Source of the DNA: Candidatus Obscuribacteraceae bacterium
GTDB taxonomy: Bacteria > Cyanobacteriota > Vampirovibrionia > Obscuribacterales > Obscuribacteraceae
Length of the DNA stretch: 46,143 nucleotides
Reading direction: 5' to 3'
NCBI GenBank assembly: GCA_044229845.1
Contig: JBGASG010000018.1
Location: 1-46,143, forward strand
Shown: positions 37,652-46,143 of the stretch, one piece after another
How the letters are laid out: each line of letters starts with the position of its first letter
Position numbering within the stretch: the stretch's first letter is position 1
Notes under the pieces: model-generated
The model's input: only the letters and a program-made list of their open reading frames with translations
What the model was told of the DNA's origin: nothing
Databases searched by the model: none
Position numbers and translations under genes: made by a program

Positions 37652-37682
37652 GCGGATAAAATCCGCATTCGTTATAACGAAT
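37652..37682. promoter_or_regulatory. Adjacent inverted repeats upstream of paaK, candidate operator
   Basis: GCGGAT-AAA-ATCCGC (37652-37666) and perfect palindrome ATTCGTTATAACGAAT (37667-37682). Confidence 0.5.
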
Positions 37683-37697
37683 TACGGCTAAAACCCC

Positions 37698-39005
37698 GTG
37701 TCTCCTGCCACCGAAGTTTTCATGTGGAACCCCAAAATCGAAGCGATGCCGCGCGGCGAGCTTCGCGGAATGCAGTTTGACCGGCTGAAGCAGTTGATGA
37801 CGCGCGTCTGCGCAGATGTTTCGTTCTACCGCAAGACGTATGGCGTGCTCGGCATCACCGCTGAAGATATTCAGCATCTATCCGATCTGCGCAAACTGCC
37901 GTTTCTCACCAAGAGCGATCTGCGCGACCACTATCCGCTGGGCATGCTGGCCGTAGACCGCAGCCAGCTGCGCCGCATCCACGTTTCATCCGGGACCCGC
38001 GGCAAGCCGACCGTGTCGGCATATACGCAGGCTGATATCGACTTGTGGAGCGACCTCTGTGCCAGATCTCTAGCTGCCGCCGGCGTCAAACCAGGCGATG
38101 TGCTTCATAATGCCTACGGCTACGGGCTTTTCACTGGCGGACTGGGCATCCATTACGGCGCCGAGAAGCTGGGCGCCGCCGTTGTCCCCATATCTGGTGG
38201 CAGAACGCAGCAGCAAGTCATGCTGCTCGATGATTTTCGCGCCGACGTCCTGACTTGCACGCCATCTTATGCGATGAATCTCGGGCTGGCGCTGGAAGAG
38301 GCGAATGTGCCGATGCACCGGCTCAATCTGCGGATCGGCATCTTCGGCGCCGAGCCCTGGAGCGAAGAGTTGCGTCAGCAGTTGGAAGCGAAGCTGAAGG
38401 TAAAAGCGATCGATATCTACGGATTGAGCGAAGTGCTTGGACCGGGTGTGGCGATTGAATGCCTGGAGGCACGCGACGGTCTGCACATCTGGGAAGACCA
38501 GTTCATCGTCGAAGTAATCGATCCGCAATCACTGGAGCCTGTCGAAGACGGCACCGTGGGCGAGCTGGTGATCACCACGTTGACCAAAGAAGCCCTGCCG
38601 CTGATCCGTTATCGCACAGGCGATGTAACTTCGGTGACGCGCGAGCCCTGCGTGTGTGGACGCACGCACGCCCGCATTCAGCGTCTCAAAGGTCGGCTGG
38701 ACGACATGCTGATTGTGCGTGGAGTCAACGTCTATCCTTCCGAAATCGAGAATGTGCTGCTTTCGATTCCGGCACTTACGGCTCAGTATCAAATCGTCGT
38801 GTCGAGGGACAAGGCGCTCGACGAGATCAAGGTACGGGTCGAAGCCGAATCCAGCACACCGGCCGAGCTGGTATCAGATGTGATATCACGCCTGAAGGAC
38901 AGCCTGGGTATCACCGCTTCTGTTGAGATATTACCGCCTGGTTCTTTGCCGCGCAGCGAAGGCAAGGCGCTTCGAGTTTTGGATTTGCGCGATGAGGTCA
39001 ATTAA
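37698..39005 (+). CDS. paaK: Phenylacetate-CoA ligase
   Basis: SSGTRGKP, YGYGLFTGGLG, GAEPWS, DIYGLSE, RYRTGD, GRLDDMLIVRGVNVYPSEIE, EGKA. Confidence 0.93.
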   Translation: MSPATEVFMWNPKIEAMPRGELRGMQFDRLKQLMTRVCADVSFYRKTYGVLGITAEDIQHLSDLRKLPFLTKSDLRDHYPLGMLAVDRSQLRRIHVSSGTRGKPTVSAYTQADIDLWSDLCARSLAAAGVKPGDVLHNAYGYGLFTGGLGIHYGAEKLGAAVVPISGGRTQQQVMLLDDFRADVLTCTPSYAMNLGLALEEANVPMHRLNLRIGIFGAEPWSEELRQQLEAKLKVKAIDIYGLSEVLGPGVAIECLEARDGLHIWEDQFIVEVIDPQSLEPVEDGTVGELVITTLTKEALPLIRYRTGDVTSVTREPCVCGRTHARIQRLKGRLDDMLIVRGVNVYPSEIENVLLSIPALTAQYQIVVSRDKALDEIKVRVEAESSTPAELVSDVISRLKDSLGITASVEILPPGSLPRSEGKALRVLDLRDEVN

Positions 39006-39464
39006 ATGAAACCCGGACTACAAGTCGGTCAGACGGCAGAAATCGAAATCACGGTCGAGCCGGAGATGCGCGCACAGTTTGAAGGTCAAACCGTGCACCA
39101 TTTGTTTTCCACATCCAGCCTGGTGCACCAGATGGAATGGGTGGCTAGAAAAACAATTTTGCCGTTCTTGGAACAGCACGAGGAAGGGATGGGCGCGCAG
39201 GTTGACGTTTCTCACCTGATGCTGACGCCCCTCAACATGAAGGTTAAGCTCAAAGCTACAGTCGCGGAAATTCGCGACAACAAGATCGTTTGCGAAGTGG
39301 AAGCATGGAACCTGCGCGGCAAAATCGCCCGCGGCACCATCACCCAAGCAATCGTCGATAAGTCCTGGCTACAAAACAAAATGAAAGAACTGGCGGTCAT
39401 CGAGCACATCACCAAAGATGCCGAGCACCCGCTTTTTCGCCCCCAAGGAGCAACCAATGGTTAA
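39006..39464 (+). CDS. FlK-like (fluoroacetyl-CoA) hotdog thioesterase
   Basis: FSTSSLVHQME (Thr/Glu) and VSHL (His), matching the FlK-type triad layout. Confidence 0.82.
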   Translation: MKPGLQVGQTAEIEITVEPEMRAQFEGQTVHHLFSTSSLVHQMEWVARKTILPFLEQHEEGMGAQVDVSHLMLTPLNMKVKLKATVAEIRDNKIVCEVEAWNLRGKIARGTITQAIVDKSWLQNKMKELAVIEHITKDAEHPLFRPQGATNG

Positions 39465-39780
39465 AGTGTTCGCCCTCTACAAAAAGCCGCAAGAACCGGC
39501 TGAATTCGATCGCAAGTACAACGACGAGCATCTGCCGCTGGCGCTGAAGATGCCCGGTCTGCGCAAACTGGAAATCGCCAAAATCACTGAATCACCGATG
39601 GGTGAACCGAATGTGTACATGGTGGCGGAACTGTATTTCGATTCTATGGAATCCGCGAAAGCCGCTATGTCTTCACCGGAAGGCAAGGCAGCCGGCAAAA
39701 ACATCATGAGCTTCGCCGGCGACATCGTGCACCTGGTTTATGCCGAGGTCGAAGAGAAAGTACCGGTAGGCGCCAAATAA
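39457..39780 (+). CDS. EthD family protein
   Basis: MVKVFALYKKP, FDRKYNDEHLPLALKMPGL, AELYFDS, SPEG; AAGGAG RBS. Confidence 0.88.
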   Translation: MVKVFALYKKPQEPAEFDRKYNDEHLPLALKMPGLRKLEIAKITESPMGEPNVYMVAELYFDSMESAKAAMSSPEGKAAGKNIMSFAGDIVHLVYAEVEEKVPVGAK

Positions 39781-39883
39781 GTCTGTTCTCGTTCGATTGC
39801 CCTCTGTCCTATCTTATCCCAGTCATTTGAAAACTCCTCAAACTCCTGTTTTAAACACGAGCCACTAATCTCACCATTGCCCG

Positions 39884-40876
39884 ATGAGCACCAAACAACT
39901 AGAGGCCGGAAAAATGTCCCAAACCGAGAAGCTTCTGCAGGGTCGTCCCGCAGAGGATTTTGCATTTCAACGCATCATATACAAGAAACAGAACTACATC
40001 GCCACCATCACCATCAATCGTCCCGAAGTTTTGAATTGCTTCGATATGACGACGCTGCATGAGATGTCTGCGGCGATCCTGGATGCCAGCTATGACGACA
40101 ACATTTCGGTTGTCGTGTTTACAGGCGCCGGCGACAAAGCGTTTTGCACCGGAGCGGATCTTAAGGAACAAGAAGAGGCGATTCTCCATAAGCCAAACAA
40201 CTACTACAAGTGGATGTACTCGTTTATCGAGATGCACGATCGGCTGCGCAACATCGGCAAACCGACCATCGCTCGACTGAACGGCATGACGGTCGGCGGC
40301 GGCAACGAATTGAACATGGCTTGCGATCTGGCTGTTGCAGCCGATCACGTGACGATCAGACAGGTCGGAGCGGCCCGCGGCAGCGTCGCCGCCGGTGGCG
40401 CCACCCAGTTTTTGCCTTTAATCATCGGTGACCGCCGGGCGCGCGAGATGCTACTGCTTTGCGAACCAATCGATGCCTACACAGCATTGGACTGGGGTCT
40501 AGTAAATCAGGTGGTCCCGATGTCTCTGCTCGATCAGACAGTTTCGGAACTGGCCGAAAAGATGTATCGCAAACTGCCGGAGTGCACGCGCTATACGAAA
40601 GAACAACTGAATTTCTGGCGCAACCTGTCGTGGGGAATGACCATCGGTCACGCTCGCGACTGGCTCACTCTGCATGCCGGACATCTGGAAACTGCGGAAG
40701 GTCTACGGGCATTCCGCCGCAAAGGTGACATCGATTACGACATGCTGCACTGCAAAGCAGCCGGTCCGTCCGGCACATTCGCCGGACACACTGAAGTTAA
40801 AGAGTGCTCGAGCTGCTCGACGAAGATGCCCACAAGCTTCGCCTTTTGCGGTTCGTGCGGGCAGAAGCTTTCTTAG
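39884..40876 (+). CDS. Crotonase-family ring-opening hydrolase (Oah/BadI/MenB-like) with C-terminal zinc ribbon
   Basis: AFCTGAD, KPTIARLNGMTVGGGNE, GSVAAGGATQFLP, LCEP; terminal CSSC...CGSCG. Confidence 0.82.
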   Translation: MSTKQLEAGKMSQTEKLLQGRPAEDFAFQRIIYKKQNYIATITINRPEVLNCFDMTTLHEMSAAILDASYDDNISVVVFTGAGDKAFCTGADLKEQEEAILHKPNNYYKWMYSFIEMHDRLRNIGKPTIARLNGMTVGGGNELNMACDLAVAADHVTIRQVGAARGSVAAGGATQFLPLIIGDRRAREMLLLCEPIDAYTALDWGLVNQVVPMSLLDQTVSELAEKMYRKLPECTRYTKEQLNFWRNLSWGMTIGHARDWLTLHAGHLETAEGLRAFRRKGDIDYDMLHCKAAGPSGTFAGHTEVKECSSCSTKMPTSFAFCGSCGQKLS

Positions 40877-40890
40877 GAAGGGAGAGGACA

Positions 40891-41676
40891 ATGATGACGC
40901 TGACGAAGTACAAAAACGTCGAAACATCCACCGACGAGCAAGTCGGTATTGTGCGACTGAACCGGCCGCAAGCACTGAATGCTTTGAGTCATGAACTGAT
41001 GGCTGAGCTGGTCGATGCCCTGGAAGCATTCGATCGCGACGACCAGATAAGAGTGATCATTTTGACCGGTAGCGATCGAGCATTTGCTGCAGGCGCCGAC
41101 ATCAAAGAAATGGCGGAAGAATCGACAGTCAGCATTATGCTCAAAGATCAATTCGCCACCTGGGATCGGGTCAAAGAGATCAAGAAACCGATCATCGCCG
41201 CAGTCAGCGGATTTGCTCTTGGTGGCGGCTGCGAACTGGCGATGACCTGCGACATCATCATCGCATCGGAAACCGCCCAATTCGGACAGCCCGAAATCAA
41301 CCTCGGCGTCATTCCCGGTGCCGGCGGCACGCAACGCCTGACCCGCTGCGTCGCAAAATACAAGGCTATGGAAATGATCTTGACCGGGCGCTCGATTGGC
41401 GCTCATGAAGCAAAGGAAGCCGGACTCGTCAATCGAGTGGTGCCGGTGGAGTTGTACATGGATGAAGCGCTCAACCTGGCCAAAGAGATCGCCAAGAAAT
41501 CCCCGCTGGCAGTGCGCATGGCCAAGGAAGCAATTCTGAAAACCTTCGATTTGCCGATTTCGCAAGGATTGGATTTCGAGCGCAAAAACTTCTACATGCT
41601 CTTTTCTTCTGAAGATCAGAAAGAGGGCATGAAGGCTTTCATGGAAAAACGTTCCGCCAGCTTCAAAGGCAAATAG
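40891..41676 (+). CDS. paaF: Enoyl-CoA hydratase (2,3-dehydroadipyl-CoA hydratase-like)
   Basis: AFAAGADI, GGGCELAM, GQPEINLG..PGAGGTQRL with both catalytic Glu; paa context. Confidence 0.85.
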   Translation: MMTLTKYKNVETSTDEQVGIVRLNRPQALNALSHELMAELVDALEAFDRDDQIRVIILTGSDRAFAAGADIKEMAEESTVSIMLKDQFATWDRVKEIKKPIIAAVSGFALGGGCELAMTCDIIIASETAQFGQPEINLGVIPGAGGTQRLTRCVAKYKAMEMILTGRSIGAHEAKEAGLVNRVVPVELYMDEALNLAKEIAKKSPLAVRMAKEAILKTFDLPISQGLDFERKNFYMLFSSEDQKEGMKAFMEKRSASFKGK

Positions 41677-41694
41677 GAGGATAGAGGCAGAATC

Positions 41695-42492
41695 ATGGCT
41701 GAAGAAAATACACTGCTTGTTGAGAAGAAAGACGGCGTTTGCACCATTACCCTCAATCGCCCCGACAAACTGAATGCTTTCAACGACGAAATGTCGTTCA
41801 AGCTGATCGATGCCCTCAAAGGCGCGGCTAAAGATCCCGAAGTGCGCGCCGTGGTGCTGACCGGCGCCGGACGCGGTTTCTGCTCCGGACAAGACCTGGC
41901 CAACCGCGACTTCAGCGACAATACACAAGCCAGACCATCGCTCGGCGATTCGTTGCGCCGGCGCTACAATCAGATTTTCCTAAACATTCGCAACATGGAA
42001 AAACCGATCATCGCCGCTGTCAACGGTGTCGCAGCTGGTGCCGGTGCCAGCCTCGCTTTCGCATGCGACTTCCGCATCGTCAGCGACAACACCAACTTCG
42101 TGCAGTCGTTCACCAAAGTCGGACTGGTGCCGGACACCGGCGCCACCTTCGTGCTGCCGAGGCTGATTGGTCTGACCAAAGCGTTCGAACTGATGCTGAC
42201 CGCCGATAAGCTCGATGCAAAAACAGCGATGGAACTCGGTCTGGTCAATAAGGTGGTGACAGCCGACCAGGTGATGCCGGAAGCGATGGCATTTGCAAAT
42301 AAACTAGCAAAAGGACCGACCAAGGCTTTCGGTCTGACCAAGCGCGCCGTCAACAAATCGATCTTCCCCGACCTGGAAGAGCTTTTAGAGTACGAGGCAT
42401 ATCTGCAAGAGATTGCCGGTCGCAGCGATGATTTTCAGGAAGGCGTCAAAGCTTTTCTTGAGAAACGCGAACCAGCCTACTGCGGCAAATGA
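41695..42492 (+). CDS. paaG: Ring-1,2-epoxyphenylacetyl-CoA isomerase-like crotonase
   Basis: GRGFCSGQDL, NGVAAGAGASLA, GLVPDTG; paa context. Confidence 0.85.
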   Translation: MAEENTLLVEKKDGVCTITLNRPDKLNAFNDEMSFKLIDALKGAAKDPEVRAVVLTGAGRGFCSGQDLANRDFSDNTQARPSLGDSLRRRYNQIFLNIRNMEKPIIAAVNGVAAGAGASLAFACDFRIVSDNTNFVQSFTKVGLVPDTGATFVLPRLIGLTKAFELMLTADKLDAKTAMELGLVNKVVTADQVMPEAMAFANKLAKGPTKAFGLTKRAVNKSIFPDLEELLEYEAYLQEIAGRSDDFQEGVKAFLEKREPAYCGK

Positions 42493-44141
42493 GATTCGGC
42501 GCGTTGGCGCTGCTGCCGGCGCTTTGTCTGGTGGCAGTAACTGCACTGGCCGCGCTGGCAGATTCGTCGGCAGAACTCAAACCTAAAACGATGACGCGGT
42601 TGACTCTCAAAATCGTCAATCCAGCCTCGTCGGTGCGCAAGGACGTCTGGAGATGCGGTGACGGCATGCTGCGCATGGAGCAGCGAACCGCCGGTCAAAC
42701 CAAAATCGGCTGGATCAGCATCATCAACTCACCCGATACCTGGGAAATAGACCCGGTCAAAAAGACCGGCAGTCACATCACCGATGAAAAACCGCCGACC
42801 ATCGTCAGCATGCCCGTGTTTGCCGGTGACGATGACCTGGCGCAGTTGGAGATCGGAAAGGAACTGGAGTTCTTCAAGTCACACCAGGCTCGCATGACTG
42901 GCGGTGCGATGGCCGGCGACGGCATGGTCGATCGCTATCATTTGCGCATTGGAGGCAAAGAGTTGACGCTCGATTGCCGCGCCGGCGAGAACCATCCGCT
43001 GCGCATCACCTGCCCACAATGCACCGGCGTGAAAGAGGTCGAATACACGCAGTACGACCAGGTGCCCCTTCAGTCTTCATTGTTCAAACCCGAGGAAGGG
43101 ATCACATTTTCGCCGACCACTTTTGCGCGTGGCGCGCTTGCCAAACCAATCGGCACGAGAAACCCGGACGTCACCGTAACAGTGACGCTGGCTCCGATCG
43201 TACTGGGAACCACGAGCATGCAAGCCTGGTTCTACCAATCACACGGCTTGTCCACGCTTAACCAGCCTGAAGTGCTGGTCGTGGTACTGAAGCGAACAAA
43301 AGAAGCAGACGATGCATACCCGGTCGATCCTATTGGACTAATCAACTCGCTCGGGATCGCGAAAACGTCACCGGAAACAATATTGCACCCGGGCATGTAT
43401 GCCGATGTACCAGGCTTTATGTCCTCGACCTTCCCGGCGGTGATTTTCATCAAAGCTCCGACATTGGAAGGAGTTGCTATCCCACCCGGAGCCCTCGTCG
43501 CTGTGCCGATTACAGACCAAGAGCAAAAGGTCTGCCAAGTTGCCGGTTCGTCTCGCGTGATGTCCCAGCTGGCTTTCGAAAACAATTACTTGCCTTGTCC
43601 TTTCTGGTGTAAGCGTAATCGCAAAACCGTGTACACCGATGCCCAGGTCGATCAGATGCGACGAGATCCATTCACCAGCGGTTCGCCCTCCTTCGTATCC
43701 GATGCATCGGCACTGATGCGAACCAAGATTTGCACTTTGTCCATCACCCCTGAACTGGGCACAAAGCTTGCTCTGGCGTTGAAACAGACAAAAGCAAAAC
43801 ATGCCTGCCTGCGCATGCAATTGCAGCGCGACCCACGCGCCGCGCGCATACCGCTATGGCATCCCGACAAAAAAGCTCCGCGCGAATATCTGGTGCGCAG
43901 TTCCACCGACGACTCAGTTTCACCGCAATTTCTTCTGATCGCCTCCGACCAACCGGAAGATCGCCTCGATATGGTGCAAGACGGCTTTGCACTGTTTCTC
44001 ACCAATGCATCTTATGAAAAACTGATCAAATCTCTAACCGGCGAACCGGAGCCCATACCTCTGGCGGCTGGAGATGCCGTGCAATTCTCCACAATGTGGA
44101 ACATGAGTGCGCCAGACAAAGGGACTGCGGCGAGCAAATGA
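42489..44141 (+). CDS. Exported two-domain protein: LolA/DUF4412-like N-domain plus SARA-C/Sufu-like C-domain
   Basis: Signal peptide; N-domain ends SLFKPEEG; C-domain WFYQSHGL..LNQPEV and RVMSQLAFENNYLPCPFWCKRNR. Confidence 0.6.
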   Translation: MRFGALALLPALCLVAVTALAALADSSAELKPKTMTRLTLKIVNPASSVRKDVWRCGDGMLRMEQRTAGQTKIGWISIINSPDTWEIDPVKKTGSHITDEKPPTIVSMPVFAGDDDLAQLEIGKELEFFKSHQARMTGGAMAGDGMVDRYHLRIGGKELTLDCRAGENHPLRITCPQCTGVKEVEYTQYDQVPLQSSLFKPEEGITFSPTTFARGALAKPIGTRNPDVTVTVTLAPIVLGTTSMQAWFYQSHGLSTLNQPEVLVVVLKRTKEADDAYPVDPIGLINSLGIAKTSPETILHPGMYADVPGFMSSTFPAVIFIKAPTLEGVAIPPGALVAVPITDQEQKVCQVAGSSRVMSQLAFENNYLPCPFWCKRNRKTVYTDAQVDQMRRDPFTSGSPSFVSDASALMRTKICTLSITPELGTKLALALKQTKAKHACLRMQLQRDPRAARIPLWHPDKKAPREYLVRSSTDDSVSPQFLLIASDQPEDRLDMVQDGFALFLTNASYEKLIKSLTGEPEPIPLAAGDAVQFSTMWNMSAPDKGTAASK

Positions 44142-44157
44142 TGCCTGCGGCACCGTA

Positions 44158-45132
44158 TCAAAAATTATATCGACTACCGACCGCAGACGGCACCACAATC
44201 GACTCGCCAAAAGCATTGAGCAGCGCGTTATGAGCGCGGAAGCCGGTGCAGTGCGCAGGCATGATTTGCGCCGGCTGAAATTCTCTGAACCCTTCGATGG
44301 TCTGCGGGATGATCTGCTCCAGTGTGCCGACGAGGTGCAGCCCGCCGAATACTCCATAAAGAGGTATGTTGGGAAAAGTTTTCTTCACCGAATGCAGCAC
44401 GTTTATGATGCCGGCGTGCGAGCAGGCGCTGAACACCATCATGCCCTTGTTTTTGATATGCGCGGCCAGATATCGCTCGTCCATCAACAGCGGATCGGGC
44501 CGCCACTTTGTATCGGCGTTCTCTCGACACAGATGATCCTGTCGTCCCTTTTCAAAATCCGTGACGCGAGGAATTTCGCCGCTGATGTAAAAGAAGTCTT
44601 CGAGAACGGTCCGCTCTCCTGGGTGATTGACCACTGCACCACCGTGGGAAGTAATCGTTTCCACCGACGGCACCGGCTCAAACGGTGCGACGCCACCGTC
44701 TGACAGGCGTGCACCGCGCTCGAGGAACATGCCCGGATTGACATGAACCGGCACACTACGACCAATGCGCGTGATTTCGTCGAGCATGTCGATGAGAGCA
44801 CCCATGTGGTCCCAGTGTCCGTGAGAAATAGCCACGGCCTCGACGTCGCCGAGCGTGACGCCCAGATTTTTGCAATTGCGCACCAATAGGCCACCTTCCG
44901 GACCTGCGTCAAAAAGCAGCTTGTGACGGCGATCGCCTGAACGAGCCGTGAGCATCAACGACAGACCCAATTGCGCGCAACAAAGAGTGGCGCCGGACAA
45001 CTGGTGAGCTCCAGCCTTGATGACGTTGTTGAACTCAGGCGACACATGAGCAGGCTTCGACGAGTAGTTGTCACTGTTGTTGTCCAGCAATACATCGACA
45101 ACCAGACTGTCCAACGGTTCTAAAGATGGCAT
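44158..45132 (-). CDS. MBL-fold metallo-hydrolase (MJ0301/DHPS-like subfamily)
   Basis: LFDAG, SHGHWDH, SACSHAG, GGLHL, PAHCTG; likely start ATG 45132. Confidence 0.88.
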   Translation of the reverse strand: MPSLEPLDSLVVDVLLDNNSDNYSSKPAHVSPEFNNVIKAGAHQLSGATLCCAQLGLSLMLTARSGDRRHKLLFDAGPEGGLLVRNCKNLGVTLGDVEAVAISHGHWDHMGALIDMLDEITRIGRSVPVHVNPGMFLERGARLSDGGVAPFEPVPSVETITSHGGAVVNHPGERTVLEDFFYISGEIPRVTDFEKGRQDHLCRENADTKWRPDPLLMDERYLAAHIKNKGMMVFSACSHAGIINVLHSVKKTFPNIPLYGVFGGLHLVGTLEQIIPQTIEGFREFQPAQIMPAHCTGFRAHNALLNAFGESIVVPSAVGSRYNF

Positions 45133-45244
45133 GGCAAGTTCCCAAGTCACAGGTAGTTTTCGCAGATGTGCATATTGGCACAATCGATAGTTCCGTAGTG
45201 CATAATAGCCTCTACATACTAGTCCGATCGGGAGACATCACTGG

Positions 45245-46143
45245 ATGAGACTTGTCAGAGGGAAGCGACTGCTCGCTGTTCTCTTGGGTTTGTTTTTGCT
45301 CGCTCCTGTGGCTTTGACGCCGGCTCCGGCAGCCGAGCCATCGAGTCCTGTGCTCAATGCACTGCAGAAGGAGCTGACTCGTTCGTTCCAAAAACTGAAA
45401 AACAGCGGCGAAGCGCCTCTTTACTATCTGTCGTATTCACTTTACGACGTCGAGCGCAACTCGATGAGCGCCCACTACGGTGCGCTGGAAGACACACCCT
45501 ATCCGACCAGAAGTATGAAGCTACGCGTCAATGTGCGCGTCGGCGACCAACACATCGACAATACGCACAAGATGCGGCGCAGTTCATTTTCTTTTTCGCG
45601 CAGCAGTGCTTTCAATTGGTTTGGCAGCTCGATGCCGGCAGAACCGGACGAATATGCCATTCGCAGCGTACTCTGGCAGAAAACTGATGAAGCGTTTAAA
45701 GAGGCGGAACAGCGTTTTCTCTCAGTCAAGGCAAACAAGGACGTTTCTGTCGAGGATGAGGACACCTCCGATGACTTCTCCCAGGAGAAGTCACATGCTT
45801 TCGTGGGCAGCAGTCCAAAATCGACGGTAGACATGACTCTCTGGCAAAACCGCATTCGCGAATTGAGCAAGATTTATAAGAAGTATCCGGAAATTCTCAA
45901 CTCGGATGTCTCCTTCGTGATGACGCGCGTGCGTCGCTACATGGTCGCCAGCGATGACACCCGACTGCAGGACGATCACACGGAGTTTCGCTTTGCCACC
46001 ACGGCCGAAGCCACCGCCGATGATGGCATGCGAGTCTGGCTGTACGACTCCGTGGAAGTCCCCAATTACACCGACATACCTAATGAGCCAAAGCTGGCCG
46101 AAATGGTGGAGCATCTCGCTCAGTCGGTCAAGGATCTGCGGCA
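45245..46143 (+). CDS. Exported TldD/PmbA-related metalloprotease, 5' part (runs off the window)
   Basis: Absent from the ORF track (no stop in window). MRLVRGKRLLAVLLGLFLLAP...ALQKELTRSFQKL...PLYYLSY...VRVGD..IDN...LWQKTDEAFK...DDFS...ADDGM. Confidence 0.8.
   Translation, partial: MRLVRGKRLLAVLLGLFLLAPVALTPAPAAEPSSPVLNALQKELTRSFQKLKNSGEAPLYYLSYSLYDVERNSMSAHYGALEDTPYPTRSMKLRVNVRVGDQHIDNTHKMRRSSFSFSRSSAFNWFGSSMPAEPDEYAIRSVLWQKTDEAFKEAEQRFLSVKANKDVSVEDEDTSDDFSQEKSHAFVGSSPKSTVDMTLWQNRIRELSKIYKKYPEILNSDVSFVMTRVRRYMVASDDTRLQDDHTEFRFATTAEATADDGMRVWLYDSVEVPNYTDIPNEPKLAEMVEHLAQSVKDLR

Noticed and set aside
44158..45132. Metallo-beta-lactamase resistance gene
   Set aside because: No signal peptide; motifs (SACSHAG, GGLHL, HCTG) fit the cytoplasmic MJ0301/DHPS-like MBL subfamily

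Overview
Bacterial chromosomal window, moderately GC-rich and densely coding. The gene content (secreted caspase-like protease, FecR/CHASE2 signalling, many secreted hypotheticals) is reminiscent of non-photosynthetic Cyanobacteriota (Vampirovibrionia/Obscuribacterales); this is a tentative inference. Contents in order: a VirB8/DotI-like membrane protein, tRNA-Phe(GAA), a zinc-ribbon protein, an OmpA-family protein, GH31 alpha-glucosidase, PLP aminotransferase, a secreted C14 peptidase coupled to a SpoIID/LytB protein, FMN alpha-hydroxy-acid oxidase, an unlisted 48-aa membrane peptide, an MFS-hypothetical-metallophosphoesterase operon, and a FecR-CHASE2 kinase-response regulator module. The central locus is a putative envelope-defence system: a stand-alone transpeptidase divergent from an exported AMMECR1 protein, thioester alpha-2-macroglobulin, VanW and RtcA. 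It is followed by a tandem array of six mostly diverged small-protein paralogues, a second two-component system flanked by perfect palindromes and a structured non-coding stretch, a divergent serpin-like protein, a partial phenylacetate (paa) operon carrying an Oah-like ring hydrolase, a SARA/Sufu-like secreted protein, an MBL hydrolase and the 5' part of a TldD-like gene. No integrase, transposase or CRISPR array was seen. All family assignments come from recognising motifs by eye, not from database searches.
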